From: Verrucomicrobiia bacterium
GTDB taxonomy: Bacteria > Verrucomicrobiota > Verrucomicrobiia > Chthoniobacterales > Chthoniobacteraceae
Assembly: GCA_040376335.1 (NCBI GenBank)
Contig: JBEIQV010000001.1
Coordinates: forward strand, 1 to 39,238
Direction: 5' to 3'
DNA length: 39,238 nt
Translations under genes and position numbers: made by a program
The notes under the pieces: generated by a model
Seen by the model: only the letters and a program-made list of their open reading frames with translations
The model's database searches: none
Told to the model about the DNA's origin: nothing
Shown: positions 28,123 to 34,018 of the stretch, piece by piece
How positions within the stretch are numbered: the first letter of the stretch is position 1
Layout: each line of letters begins with the position of its first letter

Positions 28123-29569
28123 CCATCCATTCTACGGGCATCGCCCTCCGGCCCAATAACGCCCGCGTGCTCATCCGCCCATTCATCCCGGGAGACACGG
28201 CGCGCATCGTCAATATTCTCGGACGCGCGCTTGCGCTCAGCGAGGCCGAGATCGAGGAACAACTGGTCGCCGTCACCGAGGATTTCGGAACGCGGCATTT
28301 GAATCTCCGCACTTTCTGGCGTCGTCATTTTGATCGGGTGAAAGGATACGTCTTCAGCGGACGTCCGCTCTCCGAAGCCCGGCAGCTCTACATCGGCGCG
28401 CTTTTTCCGGTGAATATGCGCTCGAATCCGCCGCGCTTTTCAATCCCTCCATCGTGCCGCATCCGGATCAATCCGGTCTCGCCGAGGGCGAGCTGCGTTT
28501 TATTCTCAGTCTACGTGCGACCGGTGAGGGACACATCTCGTCCATCGAATTTCGCACCGGCATCATCCATGCCGATCACAGTATTACGATGGAAGAGCCG
28601 TCACGATTCGTCACGGCACCGAAGCTGAATCCGAATCCGACTTACCTCAAAACTGCATTCCTTCACAAATTGATGGAGATGGGTTTCGAGAATGACTGGT
28701 CGGCAGCCGTCATGACGTCGCTTGGAGACAACTTCACACTTAGTGAACTTGAAACAGCCATGCGTCGTGCGGTGCGAGGTGCCGGGCCGCTGCCGCGTGA
28801 AGTGCAGCGCACGATGGAGTGCGTGCGATGGCTCGCGGAGTCGAACTACGAAGTTCACTTTGATCCATCCGTCGCCGTCTCGGAGCGCATTATTTTCCCC
28901 GTCTCGTCGAACGAGAGCAACGGAATGGAGGATGCCCGCTTCGTGCGCTTCATCGAAGACGACGGCAGCGTGATCTACTACGCGACATATACGGCCTACA
29001 ATGGTCGCGCGATTCTCCCGCAGCTTCTCGAAACCACCGACTTCCTCAGCTTCCGCGCCCGAACGTTGAACGGACGCGCGGTGCAAAACAAAGGCATGGC
29101 TTTTTTCCCGCGCCGCATCGGCGGGCGCTTCGCCATGATCTCGCGACAGGACGACGAAAACCTCTTCCTCATATATTCCGAGAATCCCCATTTTTGGAGC
29201 GACCCGCAGTTGTTGCGGCGTCCATGTCATTCGTGGGAGGCGGTGAAAATCGGTAACTGCGGATCGCCGATTGAAACCGAAGCCGGCTGGCTCGTCATCA
29301 CGCACGGCGTCGGTCCGATGCGCAAATACTGCATCGGCGCGATGCTGCTCGATTTGGAAGATCCGAGCAAAGTGATTGGCGAACTCGAAGAACCGCTCCT
29401 TCGTCCCGAGGGCAATGAGCGCGAGGGCTACGTGCCCAATGTCGTCTATACCTGCGGCGCGCTCGTGCATCGAGGGCAGTTGATTCTTCCCTACGGAATC
29501 AGCGATGTGACGACGAAAATCGTAACTCTGGAAATCAAAGCACTCCTCGCCGCCTTTACCCGTTATTGA
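28110..29569 (+). pseudogene. GH130-like glycosidase/phosphorylase (DUF377-type), frameshifted at a T5 run
   Basis: The N-terminal 98 codons are in the frame of ATG 28110 (MRSLTIHSTG...QLYIGALF). The remainder is in the -1 frame (SGEYALESAALFNPSIVPHPDQ...SNGMEDARFVRF...YYATYTAYNG...). The switch is at TTTTT 28402-28406. On either side of the switch the alternative frame reads as Arg/Pro/Ser-rich junk. Confidence 0.7.
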
Positions 29570-29576
29570 GTCGCGA

Positions 29577-29795
29577 TTAGACCGTGCTCAGGACGCGGGG
29601 CTCCGGGGATTTTTCGAGGGCGGTTTCGTTGGCGGCGATGCCGAGGAGGTTTTTGGCTTCAAATTCCTTGCACCAGCCTTTGATTTCCGTGTCGTTGAAA
29701 ATTTTCCCGAGCACGCGGCGGAGCAATCCTTTCAACGAAGGATTTTCGAGTTCGCTGAGGCTTTGGATGGCTTGCTCTTTGTAGCGTTCGTCATC
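29577..29795 (-). pseudogene. Orphan 3' fragment (last 70 codons + TAA) of the DUF116-polyprenyl synthase gene
   Basis: The minus-strand translation is DDERYKEQAIQSLSELENPSLKGLLRRVLGKIFNDTEIKGWCKEFEAKNLLGIAANETALEKSPEPRVLSTV*. It matches the C-terminus of the 36882-38663 gene at 68 of 70 residues. There is no start codon, and an in-frame stop lies immediately upstream at 29796-29798. Confidence 0.85.
29578..29790. repeat. Left copy of the 213-bp direct repeat bounding the zor islet
   Basis: Hand alignment to 36883-37095 gives 196/213 identical with no indels. Similarity stops abruptly on both sides. Confidence 0.9.
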
Positions 29796-29835
29796 TTAGA
29801 ATTCTATAGAACGAACAATCTGCTCGCAATTCGCT

Positions 29836-31695
29836 ATGGTTATGCGAAGCCGCGATAACTTCCTCATGGGATTTTCACTCCAGCTATTCACGGACTTGCG
29901 TTTTGTATGGGCCTGCGTGGGTTTCCTAACCACGCTTGCTTTGGTGACTGGTGCGCTTTGGTTGTGGCGCTGCCGTCAGGCAATAACGGCATTGAAAAAA
30001 GCGCGCATCACTCTCGCTGGGAGTTCGGGGCAGACCGAGTTTGCGGCGGATTATCACGGATTTATTGAGCGAATTCGGGGAGCAGTCAGACGCGTGCCGG
30101 CATTTCACGAGGCTTGGGAGCGGTGGGAACGGATTCTCCAGTCGTTCCAAAGAGCGGATGGTAAGCAGGTAATTTCCGCCGAAAAGCCAGCGAGCGATTT
30201 TTTCACTCTCGCGGCTTGGGAGCGGAGCATGGCTATGCACTGGTATCGCGCGCTGCCAAATTATCTCGTGGGGCTGGGGCTGTGTTGCGCGTTTCTCGGT
30301 GTAGTCGCTGTGATCCAAGGCGCTGCAACGAGCCTTCAAACCGCACAGCATGTTGCGCTTTCTCCGGAAGAAATCGCGCAATACAAGGACAAGCCGTCTG
30401 AGGCAGCGGGTTATCTAGCTGCAAAGGTTGCTGCCATGCAAACGGAAGCATTGCGGAGTCTTCTGGATGCGGCATCGTTCAAATTCGTCACCTCGCTCGT
30501 AGGCGTCGCGATGTCGCTGGCCTACTCGCTGTTCTTTCGCTGGCGGCGCATCAACGTCGAACGCCACATCGCGGACTTGGTGGCTGATTTGAACCGCCGG
30601 GTTTTCATGTTGAATCCCACGGCGCTACTGCTCCAAATCCGCGAGGAAAACCAGCATCAGACGGGATGCTTGGAGACGATGGCAACGAACGTCGGAGTGG
30701 CTGTCGGAGAGCAGTTCACGAAGGCAACGCAGGTGATGGGGGACGCGCTTTCGCGGCTGGAAGCCACTGTGCAGGCAATGGGGGCGCAGATGGGCGAAAA
30801 GACCGATGCGATGAAGCAGGCGATTGACGGCATGAGCGGCGGGATCGTCGAGACAACCTCGAAAGATCTCGAAAAACTTGTGACTGCCGCAGTTGAGTTG
30901 CTCAATACAACGCTCAAACAGCACCTCGAAGAAGTGGCCAACGCCTTGAAAGATACCGGTGTAGAAATCGAAGCTGCGCGCTTGGCGTTTGGCGAGGTGC
31001 TCGGGCACGCGCGAGTGGTGCGTGGAGAGTATGCCACGCTGGCGGAGGAAATCCAGGCACGCACTAGCGAGGTGAGCGAACTGCTATTGAAAGCTGAGGG
31101 TGAAGTAGAGACAAGACTGCGCGGCGCGGTGACGGCCGCGGAGGAAATCCAAACAGCCCTTGGCAAGGCGGCGGAGAGCGCATCGGGCATGGATTCTCTT
31201 GGTGCGGGACTGGCTAAGGCGGCATCGGCGGTGGAGAGTGCCGCGACCAACTGGCAGACGATGGGCGAGGATTTCAGCAAGCTCACGCTCGCAAATGGCA
31301 ACGCATCCGAAACGGTGCGGGCGGCGATGGAATCGCTGCGGGCGCATTGGGAGGCGCAGGGGGCGAGGATCGGCGAAATAGACACCCACCTCGCGGCGAC
31401 GATTGGCGCGGTTCAGCAGCATTTTGACGGTTACGCGCTACGACTGCGGGAATACACGACGGAACTGGATTCACAGCTCGGCCGTGCCGTGGGCAGCTTC
31501 AGTGCGGTGATTGAGTCGCTCAGTGATGCACCCGAGCGTTTCGGAGATGCCGGAGCGCAGTTGCAAAAGGCCGCGCAAAACGCCATGAGTGCGCTGGAAC
31601 CGCTCCGCAAACTCGATGGCCTCGCCGCCGCAATTTCCAAATCGGCTGACGCCTTGCGTGCGGCCATTCCTGAAGCACAAGAACCTCAGCCGTGA
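29836..31695 (+). CDS. zorA: ZorA-like MotA/ExbB-type channel protein with a long helical tail
   Basis: 619 aa. TM helices FVWACVGFLTTLALVTGALWLW, YLVGLGLCCAFLGVVAVIQGAA and FVTSLVGVAMSLAYSLFF, then about 350 aa of Ala/Glu/Leu/Gln-rich helical sequence. First gene of a 4-nt-overlap operon. Confidence 0.75.
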   Translation: MVMRSRDNFLMGFSLQLFTDLRFVWACVGFLTTLALVTGALWLWRCRQAITALKKARITLAGSSGQTEFAADYHGFIERIRGAVRRVPAFHEAWERWERILQSFQRADGKQVISAEKPASDFFTLAAWERSMAMHWYRALPNYLVGLGLCCAFLGVVAVIQGAATSLQTAQHVALSPEEIAQYKDKPSEAAGYLAAKVAAMQTEALRSLLDAASFKFVTSLVGVAMSLAYSLFFRWRRINVERHIADLVADLNRRVFMLNPTALLLQIREENQHQTGCLETMATNVGVAVGEQFTKATQVMGDALSRLEATVQAMGAQMGEKTDAMKQAIDGMSGGIVETTSKDLEKLVTAAVELLNTTLKQHLEEVANALKDTGVEIEAARLAFGEVLGHARVVRGEYATLAEEIQARTSEVSELLLKAEGEVETRLRGAVTAAEEIQTALGKAAESASGMDSLGAGLAKAASAVESAATNWQTMGEDFSKLTLANGNASETVRAAMESLRAHWEAQGARIGEIDTHLAATIGAVQQHFDGYALRLREYTTELDSQLGRAVGSFSAVIESLSDAPERFGDAGAQLQKAAQNAMSALEPLRKLDGLAAAISKSADALRAAIPEAQEPQP

Positions 31696-32579
31696 ACGAA
31701 CCATCCGGCCAACACGACGAAGCGGAGGAAAACTACTTCATCTCGCTCAGCGACCTCATGACCGGCGTGGTCTTCATCTTCGTGATTCTGCTTTGCGCGT
31801 TCGCCTTTCACTACCAGAGCGCCCAACGCGACGCTGACTCGAAAGCGAAAGACTACAATGATGCCAAAGCAAACGCCGATGCTGAAAAAAAGAAGGCGGA
31901 TAACGCACAGGATCTGGCAAACGAAGCGACAGAAAAAGCCAAGGCTGCAGAGGCGGATGCGAAAGAGAAAGGGCGGAAGATTGACGCGCTCAGTAAGCTG
32001 CTGCGCGACCGCGACAATGCCCTGCGCGTGATCCTGAGCGAACTTGTGGACAAGCTTGCGGCTCGCGGAGTCCGTGTGATGTTCGACCCGGCGACGGGTG
32101 TCATTCGTCTGCCAGAGGAGCTGCTTTTCGATCGTGGCAGCAACATCCTGAGCGAGAGCGGACGGCGTGGCCTTTCGGTGTTGGCGGAGGAAATCGTCCC
32201 CGTCCTGCATCGCGGTTGCGCAGAAGGCTCCACTTTCCGGCTCGAAGCCGTTTTCATCGAAGGCCACACTGACGCCGATCCGATTCGTTCACCGCGCTTC
32301 GCGGACAACTGGGATCTCTCCGCCGCACGCGCGACGAACACCTATCGCACGCTCACCGCGGCCAAGCCTGAGCTGGAATCCTTCCGCAATCCGGGCGGGC
32401 TCCGTGTCATCGGCGTGAGCGGCTACGGCGAGAACCGTCCCGTGGCTCCGAACGACACGGATGCAAACAAAAAGGCGAACCGCCGTGTGGACTTGCGGTT
32501 CCTCATGGCGCGCCCGACAGATGCCGAACTCGAACGCGCACGGCGGGAAATTGATGGACCGCCAAAGCCCGAAAAGTGA
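31692..32579 (+). CDS. zorB: ZorB-like MotB/OmpA-family protein
   Basis: 295 aa. MotB-type N-terminus with conserved Asp (YFISLSDLMTGVVFIFVILL). A charged Lys/Ala/Asp/Glu linker. OmpA-like peptidoglycan-binding domain (IEGHTDADPI...NWDLSAARATN...GYGENRPVAPNDTDANKKANRRVDLRF). The GTG start overlaps the zorA TGA. Confidence 0.8.
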   Translation: MNEPSGQHDEAEENYFISLSDLMTGVVFIFVILLCAFAFHYQSAQRDADSKAKDYNDAKANADAEKKKADNAQDLANEATEKAKAAEADAKEKGRKIDALSKLLRDRDNALRVILSELVDKLAARGVRVMFDPATGVIRLPEELLFDRGSNILSESGRRGLSVLAEEIVPVLHRGCAEGSTFRLEAVFIEGHTDADPIRSPRFADNWDLSAARATNTYRTLTAAKPELESFRNPGGLRVIGVSGYGENRPVAPNDTDANKKANRRVDLRFLMARPTDAELERARREIDGPPKPEK

Positions 32580-34018
32580 CCGCCATGCCGTCGCCTCTCG
32601 CCGTCCAGTTGCAATCGCTGCGTAGAAGCCTCCACTCTCGCGAAGTGCAGCCATTTCCCGTGCGCGCTCTAACGGCTGCCGTGAATGCGCTCGGTGACTG
32701 TGCGCTTGCGGAACCTCCGCCGCCACACGACCGCCTCGCCAAATTGTTTGAAAACATCTGCGCACAACTCTCCGCAGGCGTGCCTGTGGTGGAACTCAGC
32801 AAATCTGAGTGGCTGGATGCACCGTGGCTAGTGTTCGAACGCTGGAATGAGCGCGCCTTTGTAGAAGTAGGCGCGTTTCGCAATGGATTGTCGCTGGCGG
32901 CGGGTGCAAGCGCGATGGTGGGCAGGCGGTGTATCTACGTATTTCTCCGCGACTACGACCCGGAGGCTGCGCGTATTACTGCGCCGCTAGGACTCGTGAT
33001 TAGTGACGCTCTACAAGCCGGACACGAAACGCTTGCGGCGTGGGTAGAGCGAAGTCGGCAATTCCGCCATTTTGCGCCCGATGGTGGGCCGCCGGCTGTC
33101 GTGGAACAGTTGCGTTCTTCTCGTCCCGAAAAGCCGGTGACACATCATTTCGAAGATGTCGGAATCAGCGGCCCACTCGCACACGGCGGCTTTTCGTTTG
33201 GGATGCTACTCGCATGGTGCAGTCGCGCACACGAGCGTCCTTGGGAAAATCAGGAAATCATTGAGAATTGGATGACTCAGTGTTCCGGCCCAATGGCGGG
33301 TAGAGAGTATCGAGTTGTTGAGCGTCTTTTATTACCGTGGCGCTCCGAAGACCCCGCCGGAGAATGGAGAACACCGCTACTCTCTTGGCTGCAAGAGCGA
33401 TACGGTGATCCTCGTGATGCTGTTGCAGGCGTTTGGCCGCAAGTGGACGCGGAACTTCGTGATGTCGCTGTCCGCTGGCTAACGCTACAAACCATCGAAG
33501 GATTTTTCGAGGCGCTTGACGATTATGCACGTCGGCGCGGAGATGATGCGATGCGGCAGCAATGGCCATTTCGCAAAGCATTCTGGCTTGCATACTACCG
33601 CCGTGGTGTCGTTCTTGATGCCAAGGCCGCAGTCGGGCGTGATATGGAGGAATGTCTTGGTTGGCAATCGCTCAAGTCACGATTTGGAAACCGGCTTGCG
33701 AAGCTCGAAAAGTTTGAATCAAAGCAATCCGCACTCTTCCTCAAGCTCCGTGGCCTCTTGGTGTTTGTCGGCACACACAATGCGAAATGCCGCCTTTGGG
33801 ATGAGGCGTCCCCGCATGCTCCAAATCTTCGCAGAACCTCGTTTCACTACTCTGAAATCATCGCGATCCCGCGCACAGATTTACTTGTGGATGGGTATGC
33901 TAACGAGACGGGTATTGCCCACATGGGCGCAGAAAACGGAACGTGGCAGCGTAAATTACGCGACTTCCTGCGCCAAAGGATCGGCGTCTCGATTCCTGAT
34001 ACTGAACTGATGCCATGA
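32576..34018 (+). CDS. zorC: ZorC-like protein (EH-signature-family candidate, divergent)
   Basis: 480 aa, soluble, with no catalytic motif recognised. The call rests on position and size between a MotB-like and an SNF2 gene, plus the WPFRKAFWLAYY...LVFVGTHNAKCRLW region resembling the ZorC core. There are 4-nt overlaps on both sides. Confidence 0.55.
   Translation: MTAMPSPLAVQLQSLRRSLHSREVQPFPVRALTAAVNALGDCALAEPPPPHDRLAKLFENICAQLSAGVPVVELSKSEWLDAPWLVFERWNERAFVEVGAFRNGLSLAAGASAMVGRRCIYVFLRDYDPEAARITAPLGLVISDALQAGHETLAAWVERSRQFRHFAPDGGPPAVVEQLRSSRPEKPVTHHFEDVGISGPLAHGGFSFGMLLAWCSRAHERPWENQEIIENWMTQCSGPMAGREYRVVERLLLPWRSEDPAGEWRTPLLSWLQERYGDPRDAVAGVWPQVDAELRDVAVRWLTLQTIEGFFEALDDYARRRGDDAMRQQWPFRKAFWLAYYRRGVVLDAKAAVGRDMEECLGWQSLKSRFGNRLAKLEKFESKQSALFLKLRGLLVFVGTHNAKCRLWDEASPHAPNLRRTSFHYSEIIAIPRTDLLVDGYANETGIAHMGAENGTWQRKLRDFLRQRIGVSIPDTELMP

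Noticed and set aside
28601-29470. 289-aa minus-strand ORF
   Set aside because: It is antisense to the GH130-like gene body.
29584-29784. 66-aa plus-strand ORF that is nearly identical to the ORF at 36889-37071
   Set aside because: The similarity is real but comes from the 213-bp direct repeat. Both are antisense to the conserved minus-strand gene 3' end, and the synonymous-site pattern fits only the minus-strand frame.
30657-31385. 242-aa minus-strand ORF inside zorA
   Set aside because: It is an Ala/Ser-rich mirror of the Ala/Glu-rich ZorA tail. The plus-strand gene is supported by the 4-nt coupling to zorB.
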